Positions 27,412 through 40,750 of a stretch of DNA of 64,000 nucleotides are shown piece by piece (positions within the stretch are counted from its first letter, which is position 1; each line of letters opens with the position of its first letter). The DNA is from Octopus vulgaris. Taxonomy: Eukaryota. Position numbers and translations under genes: made by a program. The stretch is taken from contig OX597823.1 of assembly GCA_951406725.2 (NCBI GenBank), positions 6,076,001 through 6,140,000 of the forward strand, read 5' to 3'. The notes beneath the pieces were generated by a model. That model made no database searches. It saw only the letters and a program-made list of their open reading frames with translations, and was not told where the DNA came from.

Positions 27412-27706
27412 TATAGAATTTTTCAATTAAACAGACAATGCACATTCTTATCCCTATTTCATTTGCCAACATTACAAAGAGGGTAGATATATAGACAGAG
27501 AGGTTAATTTCATCATTAAGAACATGGTGGAAGTATGTTCTTCTCCGTCTGTAGATTTTTTATCACTCATATATGTGTATATATATGTATATATATATGT
27601 GCATGTATAACGGGAAGGTTTACGAAAATAAACAAAAGATGAAGGCAGGTGGAGTACAAACAAACAATTGTATTAGTATGGCACTCAGGAATAGAAATAA
27701 AACAAG

Positions 27707-27744
27707 TCTTTTACGTTTCGAGCCTATGCTCTTCGACAGAAAGA
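27707..27744 (-). ncRNA. Minimal hammerhead-like motif, variant core CUGUCGA
   Basis: Minus strand: TCTTT CTGTCGA A GAGC-atag-GCTC GAAA C GTA AAAGA. Confidence 0.6.
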
Positions 27745-27772
27745 TACACAGAAAAGAAACAAGGAGAGAATA

Positions 27773-27850
<78 letters not shown>

Positions 27851-27883
27851 CACACACATCTATATACAGACATACATACATGC

Positions 27884-27970
<87 letters not shown>

Positions 27971-28340
27971 TCTATATACAGACATACATACATGCATATA
28001 TATATATATATATATCTGGAGCGGCCTCTGGCTTCCCAGACCCGGTCAAACCGTCCAACCTGTGCTAGCGCGGAAAACGGACGTTAAACGATGATGATGA
28101 TAATGATGATGTATATATATATATATACGTTTATATGACCAAATGCAATCAACAACAGAAGTACAAAAAACGTTCACAGCCCATGTTGTTAGTTTGACGT
28201 TCAAGAATGAACGGAAAGAATAAGGATGTTATGGTTTAATGTTTTGGAGAACCTGTTTCTTTGGATACTGGAGAGAAGTCCAGGAAAAACTGGGAAGAGG
28301 AGGGAGGGGACAGCTGTTATGAACTACAGATAGTGATGTT

Positions 28341-28786
28341 CTATATTCAAGAGATGAGGAATTATGTGCATTATTTACATTATTTACATTTGACAGATAT
28401 TTGTCCTCATCTTGTTTGTTGTTAACACAATGTTTCAGCTGATATACCCTCCAGCCTTGAGGAAATTTCGAACCTGGGTTCTCATTCCTAAGGTATTTTT
28501 CAATGATATATCATTATTATTATTATCATTATCATTATGCCCATGGGCATATTGCTATAGTGGTTAAGAGCGCAGGCTATTAACCCCAAGATTCAGATTT
28601 CGATTCCAGGCAGTGACCTGAATAATACTAATAATAATATCATAGAAAAATACCTTAGGAAAGAGAACCCAGATTCAAAATTTCCCCAACACACCTGATG
28701 AAGGTCGGAGGGTATATCAGCCGAAATGTTGTGTTAACAACAAACAAGATGAGGACAAATATCCATCAAATGAATGTAAGTAATGT
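28341..28786 (+). mobile_element. Fold-back tRNA-headed hammerhead element with 13-bp TSD
   Basis: AGATAGTGATGTT at 28328-28340 and 28787-28799. Order: inverted partial tail, GCCCATGGGC, tRNA-like head (28548-28618), tail with CTGATGA...GAAA (28691-28734). Confidence 0.8.
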
Positions 28787-29066
28787 AGATAGTGATGTTG
28801 TTATTCTTTCTGCAAACAAACTGTCAGCTAGCAGGCATCCAGCTTGTAAAACAAGGTCTCAATAATGTATTCCTGTAACCCATGCAGGCATGGCATAATG
28901 GAAGTAAGAAATATGAATACACACACACACACACACACATGTACATACAGACTGAAAATGTATCTTCACCAAAAATATTATCTTTCACACTGGTGGTGCT
29001 CTGCATAATTATGAGCAAACTAACATTTGATAGTCAGTAGAATTATTATGACTGCTTTTACATGTA

Positions 29067-29130
<64 letters not shown>

Positions 29131-29132
<2 letters not shown>

Positions 29133-29357
29133 GTGGCGAGCTGGCAGAAACGTTAGCACGCCGGGCGAAATGTGTAGCCGTATTTCATCTGTCGTTACGT
29201 TCTGAGTTCAAATTCCGTCGAGGTCGACTTTGCCTTTCATCCTTTCGGGGTCGATAAATTAAGTACTAGTTACGCACTAGGGTCGATGTAATCGACTAAA
29301 TCTCTTTGTCTGTCCTTATTTGTCCCCTCTGTGTTTAGCCCCTTGTGGGTAGTAAAG

Positions 29358-29360
<3 letters not shown>
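29131..29360 (+). mobile_element. Family C SINE, full length, in (TA)n
   Basis: GGTGGCGAGCTGGCAGAAACGTTAGC...GAGTTCAAATTCC...CCTTGTGGGTAGTAAAGAAA. Confidence 0.85.
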
Positions 29361-29399
<39 letters not shown>

Positions 29400-29548
29400 G
29401 GTAATGGTGTCATTGAGACCCAAAGGTGTCAGGTAATGCTGAATAAGTGCTATAGACAGACCATAGTTAAGTTCTAGGTCTGGTGATTTTGCGAATAAGG
29501 GTTTCAATGTGGGTCATATGTCAGCGTGTGTATATAAGAATTTTTAGC

Positions 29549-29767
29549 TGTGTAGATATTAGAGCATTTATAGATAGAAGGTCTTACAGCTGTTTCTAGG
29601 ATATTAATTAATTATATCCCTTCATCGGAGATGGTGTGAGAAGATGGTTAAATTAATTATTACTTAACCATCCTCTCACACAGTCTCCAATGAGGGGATA
29701 TAATTAATTAATATCCTGGAAACAGCTGTAAGACCTTCAATCTATAAATGTTCTAATATCTACACAA
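29549..29767. repeat. ~220-bp palindrome with a hammerhead-like motif on each arm
   Basis: Minus arm: ATCT CCGATGA AGGGATAT..ATATCCTA GAAA CAGCTG TA AGAC. Plus arm: GTCT CCAATGA GGGGATAT..ATATCCTG GAAA CAGCTG TA AGAC. Confidence 0.8.
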
Positions 29768-30269
29768 TCTTGTTTTTTTTTATCTATCTCATTACACAAA
29801 AATTTCTTATATATATACCTGAAACATATGTGTACACAGACACACACACATATGGCTGTGCAGTTAAAAAGTTCATGTCATATTCTTGTGTAGCTTTGTT
29901 GCATTCTCACCCATGATGGAGACACACCAACATTCCATGTGGTGGACTTGATAACTGATGAAAATGTTTTTGCGTGAAACCAATGGTAGCCTTGTTAACC
30001 CACAAATAAAGAATATTTATCCCCAAATAGAGTGTTGATCACTAATTCTCACTGTGCAATATTTGCATATATTTTGACAAATATCATTGGATTTGTAGAA
30101 CTTCTTTCCATAAATTAATCATACACTTAATATACTAATACTTCTTTTCATATCTTCACCAATTTACACCAGTAAACTCTCAGCAAAGTATGAAGAATCA
30201 ATGTTAGAAATCTTTTTGGAAACCACTCCAATTAAAGGATGAATCCACATTCAACCTTTTACACACATA

Positions 30270-30855
30270 ATCGTCATCATCGTTTAACATCCATTTTTTT
30301 CCATGCTGGCATGGGTTGGACAGTTTCACTGAGGACTGTCAAGCCAGTAGGCTGCATCAGGCTTCAATCTGATCTGGCAATGTTTCTACAGCTAGATGCC
30401 CTTCTTAATGCCAACCACTCCAAGAGTGTAGTGGGTACTTTTTAAGTTCTACTGGCGCAGGAGCCAGTCAGGGGGCACTAGCATCGGCCATGTTTGGATG
30501 GTCTTTTTACGTGCCACTTGTATGGGAGCCAGTCAGGCAGCCCTTGCATCGATCACATTAGGAGAGTGCTTTTTACATGTCACTGGCACAGGAGCCAGTT
30601 AGGGGTCACTGGCATCGGCCAGGTTCGGATGGTGCTTTTTACATGCCACCGGCAGGGGAGCCAGTCAGGCAGACCTGGCATCGACCATGTTTGGATGATG
30701 CTTTTTACGTCCCACCAACACGGGTGCCACTCAGGGGGCACTGGCAACAAGTATGATTTTGGTTTTGGCTTTACTTGACTCAACATGTCTTCTCAAGCAT
30801 ATCATATTGCCGAATGCATCAAGGGGCTTTTTAAATGGGCTAGATATGCAACACT
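30270..30855 (-). mobile_element. Family A copy with about five internal subrepeats
   Basis: Repeated GTGCTTTTTACRTGCCAC...GAGCCAGTCAGG units. Confidence 0.8.
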
Positions 30856-30874
30856 GACATACATATATATAACA

Positions 30875-30917
<43 letters not shown>

Positions 30918-32683
30918 TATTATATGCTAACTCATATATATATATATATACATACACACACACACATTTTCTATATATGTATATGTGTGCATGCAGGTAT
31001 ATGTATATATGTGTCTATGTACAAGTACATACATGTACACGTGTGTGTATGTGTGTGTGCGTGTGCATATACATGCATGTTGTATATGAAAGTGTTTGCA
31101 TATGAAGAATGTCTGAGAGACTGCAAAACGAAGAGGCCACCATCTGTAGATAATCAACGAGATATTCCCCAGGCTGTAATTCTTGCTCAACTTGTCCACC
31201 ATAACATAGCCTGAACATGGTTGTTTGACCTGCTTGAAGTAGCAGCCAAAACTCCGCAAATTTCACATTAAGTAAAACAAGGACACGTTAGGAAATGTAA
31301 TTTGAGGTATGTCATAAAAATAATAATTTTTTTTTTTCTTTCAAATAGGATGGTCATAGCTAGAATGCTGTTTTATCATTGGTCTGTCCTGCTAGATTAG
31401 GGATAAGTTAAGGGGTAGGGCCAAGCAGGAACCATATGTGGATGTGAAGAAGATAAGAACATAGGCTTTACTCTCAGACACCATATCTATCAAGCATTTA
31501 TTGGTTAAAGAGACCCAAGTTTACCACAAAAAATGTAATAAGTAAAAATAAATAAAAATGGTGACTCAGTAATAATCTAATAATATTGGGTTTTTATTTC
31601 TTTATTTCTTCCTTTATTTGTTTATTTGGTGGGTGGGTGGGTGTGGGGTGCAGTGGTCTAAGGCAAGATGGTAAACTTGCCTTAGAAAATGTTATTGCCA
31701 ATCCACAGCTGAAGCTAATTAACTTGGTTTTGTTGTTGTTGTTGTTTGGTTTCAGTTATCCAGTTCACATTCTGCCAAGGTCAGTATTGCCTTCAGCTTC
31801 CCAATTACTGCATCACCATCACCATCACAAAGAGGAGGGAGGAGGAAGGAGGAAAAGGGGGAGGCAAGAAAATAGCTACTGGGCATGGCTGTGTGGTTAA
31901 GGAGTTCGTTTTAGAAACCCCCTGGTTAGGAGGTTCAGTCAGTCCCACTGCATGAACGCTGAGGATTCGTGACTCTACCATAGTCATGGAGCAACCGATA
32001 TCTTGGGAATGATGTTGTTAGAAAAACTGTGATTCCTTCAGTGTATGTGTGTGTGTGTATGCAGGTATGTGTGTGTATATATGTGTGAGTGTATGTGTAT
32101 ATACATACATGTATTTCATATTTGTATGTATGTATGTTTGTATGTATGTATGCGTGTGTATATATGTGTGAGTGTATGTGTGTATACATACATATATTTC
32201 ATATTTGTATGTATGTATGTGTGTATGTAGGTTTGTATGTACGTATGTATGTATGTAGGTTTGTATGTATGTATGTATGTATGTATGCATGTATGCCACA
32301 ACCTTCATCTATCACCTATGCTCCAAACCATGCAGATGTGCAATGTGAGTGAGCAGTCAACCGAAAGGTCATGGATGGAAAGTTAGAAATGTCAGTGAGG
32401 AAGCCCAATGAGGCAGCAATCATCTGTAAAGATGAAGTAGTCATCATGTGTGTGTATAGCAATACAAGTAGAAAAAATGGCAGAAGTACAAGGGATGTTC
32501 AAAGTTAATATTATAAGGCTGACGCTCAAAGAAGGTAAAATAATTTGAGAGTATTATATATGTATGTATATATCTCCCCTTCGCCCTAGCTCCACTGTGT
32601 GACCCTTCTGTCCAGCTTTCGCCATAATAGATTGCTAGCCACTACACATTCTTTATTTACTCTACTTGTTTCTTTCTGTGTTC

Positions 32684-32720
32684 CTTTCTGTGGAAGAGCA
32701 TAGGCTCGAAATGTTAAAGA
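32684..32720 (+). ncRNA. Minimal hammerhead-like motif, variant core CUGUGGA
   Basis: CTTT CTGTGGA A GAGC-atag-GCTC GAAA T GTT AAAG, within a 32575-32813 element homologous to the 11996 and 27608 copies. Confidence 0.55.
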
Positions 32721-32821
32721 CTTTTTCACTTCCCCAGCATTATACTAATACATCTGTTTGTTTTCTACACCACCTGTCTTCATCTTTGGTTTTTTTTTTG
32801 TGAACTCTCCCCTATATACGA

Positions 32822-33120
32822 GGATGCATGGCCTTGTGGTTACAGCATTACACTAACAATTGTGAGATTGTGATTTCAGTTTGTAGACAGGATGGTGCAT
32901 TGTTTCCTTGGGTAAAACACTTCATTTCATGTTGCTCTGCAATCGCTTCAACACCTGACATTTTGTACACAGTGCACCTGTTCAGGTAACGTTGATTTTG
33001 ATGGAGGGAGTGAGCTTATACACAGCATGAAGATTTGATCGCTATAAACGATTCATTTGTGCAGGTCATTTGAACAAAAGCTGAACACTTATTCATTGTC
33101 TTTGACAAGGGAGTCCATCG
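32822..33120 (+). mobile_element. tRNA-headed SINE, family D
   Basis: GCATGGCCTTGTGGTT head, AAAACACTTCATTTCATGTTGCTC core. An inverse copy lies at 40780-41040, with related heads at 4638, 24170, 24745 and 51340. Confidence 0.7.
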
Positions 33121-33679
33121 TGTGTCTTTTTAATTGCATTTTATGTAAATGATGCATAAAATGCAGTGAAGAAGACAAAAAATGAATTAAGCACATCTTT
33201 ATTATTGGTTCCAATTATTCTGGTACCAGTCCATTCCTTGTGCAATTGCAAGTAAATGATTTCATGTGAAGTTCCATAATATTTGCAAAATTGTATGTGT
33301 GTTTGCGTGAATAAGTTCAAATTTGCCCGTGTCTTTGCATGTCTTTGTTGACTGTAAACAAAGAGGGAAGGATGCTTGGGAGAGTTCGGTTCTCAGTGTA
33401 TATTGGAACTTAATAAGAACACTGAAACTGATGCAGAGTCTTTGGACAAACTCAGACATGCTTTTGGTCAATCAGAGTTGACCCTGGAATAGAGAATGCA
33501 ACATTCAAAGGTTTATGCATCCTCATCATCAACAACCAGTGTTTGTTTTACTGCCTCCTTTACATCGAGACGGAATAAGCAAAAAGCATTTCACTTATGT
33601 ATTTCTTATATATGGAACATATATATATGGACAAATAACGTGAGTTCATGACTGTTTCCTGCACCAGCTTCATGTAATA

Positions 33680-34158
33680 GCCCCAGCCCATCCAAAGTAC
33701 CTTGGATTGCAGGACGGCCTGCTGTGCTTACCTTGGATCATAGGGCGACCTGCTGTGCTTGAGACCTATTGAGTCAAGTACATCAATATCAAATAAAAAT
33801 CAAATGGAAATTGTAGCTGTGATACCCGTGCTGGTGGCATGTAAAAAGCACCATCTGAAAGTGGCCGTTGCCAGCGCCGCCTCGAATGGCCTCTGTGCCG
33901 GTGGCACGTAAAAAGCACCAGCCGATCATGGCTGCTGCCAGCCTCTACTGGCACCTGTGCCGGTGGCACATAAAAACCACCCACTACACTCATGGAGTGG
34001 TTGGCGTTAGGAAGGACACCCAGCTGTAGAAACATTGCCAGATCAGACTGGAGCCTAGTGTAGCCTCCTGACTTCTCAGACCCCAGTCGACCCGTCCAAC
34101 CCATGCTAGCATGGAAAACCAACGTTAAATGATGATGATGATGATGATGATGATGATG
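33680..34158 (+). mobile_element. Family A long copy
   Basis: Upstream GCTGTGCTTGAGACCTATTGAGTCAAGT segment, subrepeats, core and (GAT)n tail. Confidence 0.85.
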
Positions 34159-35034
34159 CAACCAAAATAATGTGAATCACCATCATAGAAGTGGAGACCC
34201 TGTTTCTAGTTTTCCATGGAAACAGTCAAGGGAAAATATAAGCTTGCTTTGGTTGGTGACAGGACAGGCATCTGGCTGTGGAAAATTTGCCTCAATGAAT
34301 TTTGCCTGACCCGTGCAAGCGTGGAAAAATGGACATCAAAATGATGATGAGGATGAATATATAAGATGGGTGATCACGGCTGCGGTACCATTAATTAGAG
34401 GTGATGTTGGTCAGAACTGGACTGGAACTAAACAACAGCAGCTATAAGACATGTCGTTTAGAGATAGCCACAAGCAAACTCTCCACAACTGATGGTAAGT
34501 ATCCACTGCCTGATAAACGGTATTTTCTGTTTGGAAATTTTTATTTTCAGAGAAATTGTAAATTTTATCAGAAACAGTTAAATAGTTATTTTATCTTAGT
34601 CATTTTATTTGGGGTTTGAATAGTTATCAGGGTGTGGCTTGGCTGACAACTTCACTTTTTGAGGTTCAACTTTGGTTATCAAGTTTGGGTGGTACCTTCT
34701 TTTTCCTTTTCCAGAGAAGAGAAAAAAAAAAATTTGTTACATATTACTTAGATTTCTACTTAAAATGAACTGACATGCATTTCTGATATATGATATATAA
34801 CATGATATATATATTGTATGTATATAAATGCATGTGTGTGAGTAATATGATATGCATGTATCTGTGTGTGTGTAAAATATCATATCATCATCATCATCAT
34901 CGTTTAACGTCCGCTTTCCATGCTAGCATGGGTTGGACGGTTCAACTGGGGTCTGGGGAGCCCGAAGGCTGCACCAGGCCAGTCAGATCCGGCAGTGTTT
35001 CTACAGCTGGATGCCCTTCCTAAAGGACCTAAAC

Positions 35035-35067
<33 letters not shown>

Positions 35068-35402
35068 AGGGAGAATTCACAAAAAACAAAAGACGAAGAC
35101 AGGTGGTGTAGATATATATAAAATAATAAAGGGTAAAATTAATTAATCAATTAATAATTAATAATTTTACCAAGTAATTCAGTATGTTAAAAGTACCATT
35201 ATCAGTAAACTTATACAAAAATTCTATAATTATGAGCATAATTATAATTAGAGTTCAGCAAAATTTGCTTCACCACATACCGAAATTTAGAAATAGCAGT
35301 TAAAATGCTATTCTACTACCATAAGATATCTCCCAGACAACAATACTCAACAACTCACGCAGGTAAAGACAAAAAAATAACGAATCCACCCGGCTCTAAT
35401 TA

Positions 35403-35485
35403 ACTGTATACGCGTTTCAGGGTTAGAGAGATGTAAAAAATGTAAAATCATATTTCTACTCACTCATTCCCTTCATCAGTACAGT
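35403..35485 (-). ncRNA. Minimal type I hammerhead ribozyme, intact core
   Basis: Minus strand: ACTGTA CTGATGA AGGG...CCCT GAAA CGCG TA TACAGT. 6-bp stem I, canonical CUGAUGA/GAAA, palindromic CGCG stem III, GUA triplet. Confidence 0.8.
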
Positions 35486-35860
35486 ATTTCAAATTTTAAA
35501 TTTGAGAGCACTGATAATTAACATACACATCTGACCAAGCACCATCAAATAACTGAACCCTAATTATGATTATGCCAAAACTGGAGCCTGGTGCAGCCAT
35601 CTGGTTGCCAGCCCTCAGTCAAAACCGCCCAACCCATGCTAGCATGGAAATGGACGTTAAACGATGATGATGATGATGATATATATACTTACATACACAT
35701 ATACATGTTTTTTTTAATGGCACTCCATTGGTTACAATGATGGGGTGCATTGTACTGTATTGAGAGGGGAGAAAACTCATACAATGACATGATTTGCTTT
35801 CAGTGTGCTAAAGGTTAAGTACATAAATGTTAATATATTTTAGGCAGTCAGTATACTAAC

Positions 35861-35906
<46 letters not shown>

Positions 35907-36374
35907 TTCTCTACCCTTTCAACCAAAATATACAAATCTAAAACATTACAAATATACTTCGTGTCTGAAAAAGTTTAAGGTTTGCACAAATATTAATTGA
36001 AGAGTAAACTTATAGAACAGCAAGGATTCGTCAGACTTTAGATGGAAAGGTCAGAAATCTGTTTATGAATCTAACAGAATCTACAGAGATGTAAAGCATA
36101 CATCAGCACTTGCACATGCACACATGCACACAACCAGACCAGAGGTATGTGCAGAAACATGACACCCCTCGAACCAAACCATACACAACACACACAAAGG
36201 GAGTTAATGATATACAAACAATTAATCTAGGTATACACATTCACACACACAACACACACATACACATTCCTCACTCCCCCCCCCATCTCTCTTTCTCTTT
36301 TTTTTAAGCACACAGAGTCTCACACATGCAAAGAAATGAAAACCATGAATAAGTAACTGCAGTGAGAATTAGAT

Positions 36375-36426
<52 letters not shown>

Positions 36427-36918
36427 TAACAGAGAGCTTTGTGCTTTTACACATTCAACTTCTTTGAAAATCTTCAGGTGACCTTTAGCTTTAGGGACAA
36501 ATTCCTGTGATATGCTTCTGTAATAATGAAACCTAAAAGGAAGACCAAAGTGTATTTTTGTACTTTGTTAATGAGACCAAAACAAATTCTCTTGGTCTCA
36601 ATCCCATGAAAATACCTGAAACCAAAATTTGCTGCTACAAATTATTAGAAACTAGCTTAAAGGCCACCATATCGGGCAGCTTTTAAGCTAGCTCCTGTGG
36701 AGGGCTCTTCATTGGGCCTTGGGCCCAACAATAACACTTCATGCATTGAATATATATTAAATTTTATTAAACTTTAATATTTTTGAAGCAATGAACAATT
36801 TGCATCCAAACAATGATATAATATGTGGACTTAGAACTTATTGCAAAGCTGCATGATAAACAACGTTTTTCATCTTTCCATTTGGGGTTCAGTACAATTT
36901 TTTTCTGTCTAACCTCTT

Positions 36919-36955
<37 letters not shown>

Positions 36956-37551
36956 GTTGATTGTTTTCAACCATCACCATCACCAGTACCACCACCATCA
37001 CCACCACACACCATTCAGACTTCTCACACCACCACCATCAACACCTTTGACTTCGCCACCCTCCCCTCCACCACCATCACCACTGTCTTTCACATCCCTT
37101 ACTATCACTGTCATGCTTGACTGCCTCAGCTACCACTACCACCACCACCACCACCACCACCACCATCATCACCATTGACTCTGCCTCTATCACAACTATA
37201 GCTTATACTATTACTATCATTGAATAGTGTCATTGAACAGTGAGAGAGGGAATCAAAGTGTGACACACTGACACACTGAAATTCATTTTGGCATTTATTA
37301 TTATAGATTAGCTGCAGTTCTGTCCAATGTCTATCTGAAATAAATGATTATATATCTTTGATCTTTCACTTGTTTCAGTCATTGAGAACTGACTCCATTG
37401 CTTGCTTTTAAGCCTGGTACTTATTCTAAAAGTCTCTATTGCTGAACTGCTGGCTCATGGTGACATAAACAAACCAACACTTTTGTCAACCAATGGTGGG
37501 TGACAAACACATATGCAAAGACATGCACATCTGCATGCACATACACATCAT

Positions 37552-37945
37552 AATCATCATCGTTTAACGTCTGCTTTCCATGCTGGCATGGGTTGGACGA
37601 TTTGACTGAGGTGTGGAGAACCAGATGGCTGCACCAGGCTCCAATCTGATCTGGCAGAGTTTCTACAGCTGGATGCCCTTCCTAACGCCAACCACTCCGA
37701 GAGTGTAGTGGGTGCTTTTACATGTCACCGGTACGAGGGCCAGTCAGGTAGTACTGGCAATGATCACGCTTGAATGGTGTTTTTATGTGCCACATGCACA
37801 GGAGCCAGTCCAGTGGCACTGGCAATGACCTCGCTCGAATATTTTCTTTTCACGTGCCAGTATGGCGACGCTGGTAATGATAACACTCGAATGGTGCTTT
37901 TTTTCATGCCACTAGCATGGAAGCCAGTCAGCAGCCCTGGCAACA
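37552..37945 (-). mobile_element. Family A copy nested in a decayed family B SINE (37360-38075)
   Basis: Family B tail before it, and family B head half after it. Confidence 0.75.
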
Positions 37946-39184
37946 ATATACGACAGGCTTCTTTCAGTTTCTATCCACCAAATCCACTCATGAGGCTTTG
38001 GTCAGCCCAGAGCTATAGTAGAAGACATTTGCCCAAGGTACCACGCAGTGAAACTGAACCGAGAATCATGTGGTAGAGAATTAAAGCCATAGAAACCAGG
38101 GCAAAGCTGACAATGGATAACAAAAAGAAACCTCAGCCTTAAGTAAATGAATATAATTATATGTGTGTGTGTATGTAAATATATATGTATATATATATAA
38201 TACTTAGTAGAGTACATATTTATGAATTTTTTTACAAGGAAACCTTTTCCTTGTGTGCATATATATATATATTCTTTTATTCTTTTACTTGTTTCAGTCA
38301 TTTTCACTGTGGCCTTGCTGGAGCACCACCTTTTTAAATATATATATATATACATTCGTTTTCCATGTGAAGTTATATAGAAAAACAATTTCAATATTAA
38401 ACCAAAGAATTACTCAAAACATTTTCGTAGAGTACAAATTTTTACAAGGTAACCTTTCCCTCATAAATGTGAGGGGAGGGGTGGACAGGCGGATAGATCA
38501 GAAACTTCTGACATCCTCTGTGATCAAGTCAGTGAAACCTGAAGTTAGAGGTTCTTAATTTTCCAAGAAATATTTTTCTTTGATTTTTTAAAGTTATCTT
38601 CTAATGATTAATGTATTAAACATCTGCTTCGGTGAAAGGATAGAGCAAAGTCTTAGTAGTTTTGAAACCATCTGAAGCAGCATCTGGAATTGATCTTTGT
38701 TCCCTTGTCTTCCTCATTCTATCCATCATTCACGGGCATCAAACATAGATATAATCACTCTAACACGGTTACATGCCAAAAATGCACATATACATTCTTC
38801 ACACACACACACACACACACTCATATACATATTTGATATTTGCATGTATGTGTTTGTGTTTATTTATATATGCATATGCATATTGTGCATGTGTGTAGAC
38901 ACACACACACATATATGTGTGTGTATGCGCATATATTTACATATATAAAATTATACATATGTATATATACATATATATACACATATATAAATATAATCCA
39001 AAAACGAAATATATATATATGTATATTATATAACTATATGTATATACATATATAACTATATATATATAAATATAACTATATGTATACACACACACACACA
39101 TACACACACATACATACACACACACACATACATACATATATATATAAATATATAACTATATGTATGTATGTATGTATTTATAAC

Positions 39185-39218
<34 letters not shown>

Positions 39219-39223
39219 CACAC

Positions 39224-39254
<31 letters not shown>

Positions 39255-39945
39255 AATATATAACTATATGTATGTATGTATATATATATATATATATATA
39301 TAACTATATATATATAAATATATATATATATATAACTATATGTATATGTGTATATGTGTGTGTGTGTGGATATATTTATGGATATGTGCATATATGTGAA
39401 TATGTGTGTGTTTTGTGTATATATCTGTTTATATACGTATGTATATATATCTGTGCGTATATATACACATAAAGTGTGCTATGTGTTGCTTGCTACACCT
39501 TATGCTCACAATTAATGCTCTTGAGGTTTTTTCTCCCCCTTTCAAACCAGTCACCGTTTCACCGTTTTCGGCACCAATCAGGCTTCTGGTTACCTTCATT
39601 TCAATAATCAGACATGAACCGCTGGTGTTTTGGTGTTTACTCAAACAGATGGGATGTATTTTTCTTAAAAATAGAAATGTTTATTTGGGAGTAAGGGAAA
39701 TATGTAGAGTTACTTATGAGGGGCCGCAGAGGGAATGGCGGTTACCATCTTGCCGAAGAAGAAGAAGAAAATAAATTATCTCAGTGTGATATTCCAGCAT
39801 TAAAGTTTGGAAAGGATCGAGTTTCAAGACAGTAATTTAATAAGGATTCTATTGGGGGGGGGGAAATGAAGTTTCATGAAAATGTATCAAAGCTCACCTG
39901 CAGAACTGACTGACAAGGAGAGAGAGGGAGGGAGTGAGTGAGTGG

Positions 39946-40009
<64 letters not shown>

Positions 40010-40206
40010 ATACACCAAATAGTTGCTTGATTTACTAGCAATAGCAACCAAGTTTTCTTCGAATCACACACAATACCAACTTGAAGAAATTAATGCATTG
40101 GATTAAGTTTGGGATCAGGATAAACACTGACTGGGAAAAGATGATGATCGTTAATTGAATGTCTTTAATTATTATGGATCTTGCTTGATCTTGGCTGAGC
40201 TGAGAC

Positions 40207-40268
<62 letters not shown>

Positions 40269-40456
40269 TACTACAAATAATAATAATAATAATAACAATG
40301 TCTCCAAATTTTGGTACAAGGCCATCAAGTTTTAGGGTGAGGTAAGTCAACCTCGACAGAATTTGAACTCAGAATGTAAAGACACATAAAATGCTACTAA
40401 GCATTTTATCCAGTGTGCCAACTCACTAGCTGCTACTTCACTCAAGTTTCTATACT

Positions 40457-40750
40457 ATGATGATGATGATGATGATGGTGATAGTGATGGTGATGGTGGT
40501 GATGACGATGATGATGATGATAGTGGTGATGGTGATGATGATGATGATGATGATGGTGATAGTGATGGTGATGGTGGTGATGACGATGATGATGATGATA
40601 GTGGTGATGGTGATGATGATGATGATGATGATGGTGATAGTGATGGTGATGGTGGTGATGACGATGATGACGATGATGATGATGATAGTGGTGATGGTGA
40701 TGATGATGACGATGACGATGACAATGACGATGATGATGACGATGATGATG
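40457..40750. repeat. Compound (GAT/GGT) microsatellite with a 78-bp higher-order period
   Basis: GATGGTGATAGTGATGGTGATGGTGGTGATGACG recurs three times at 78-bp spacing. Confidence 0.8.

Noticed and set aside
34401-34500. Plus-strand ORF ending at ATG|GTAAGT
   Set aside because: No good acceptor, and part of it resembles a decayed short repeat.
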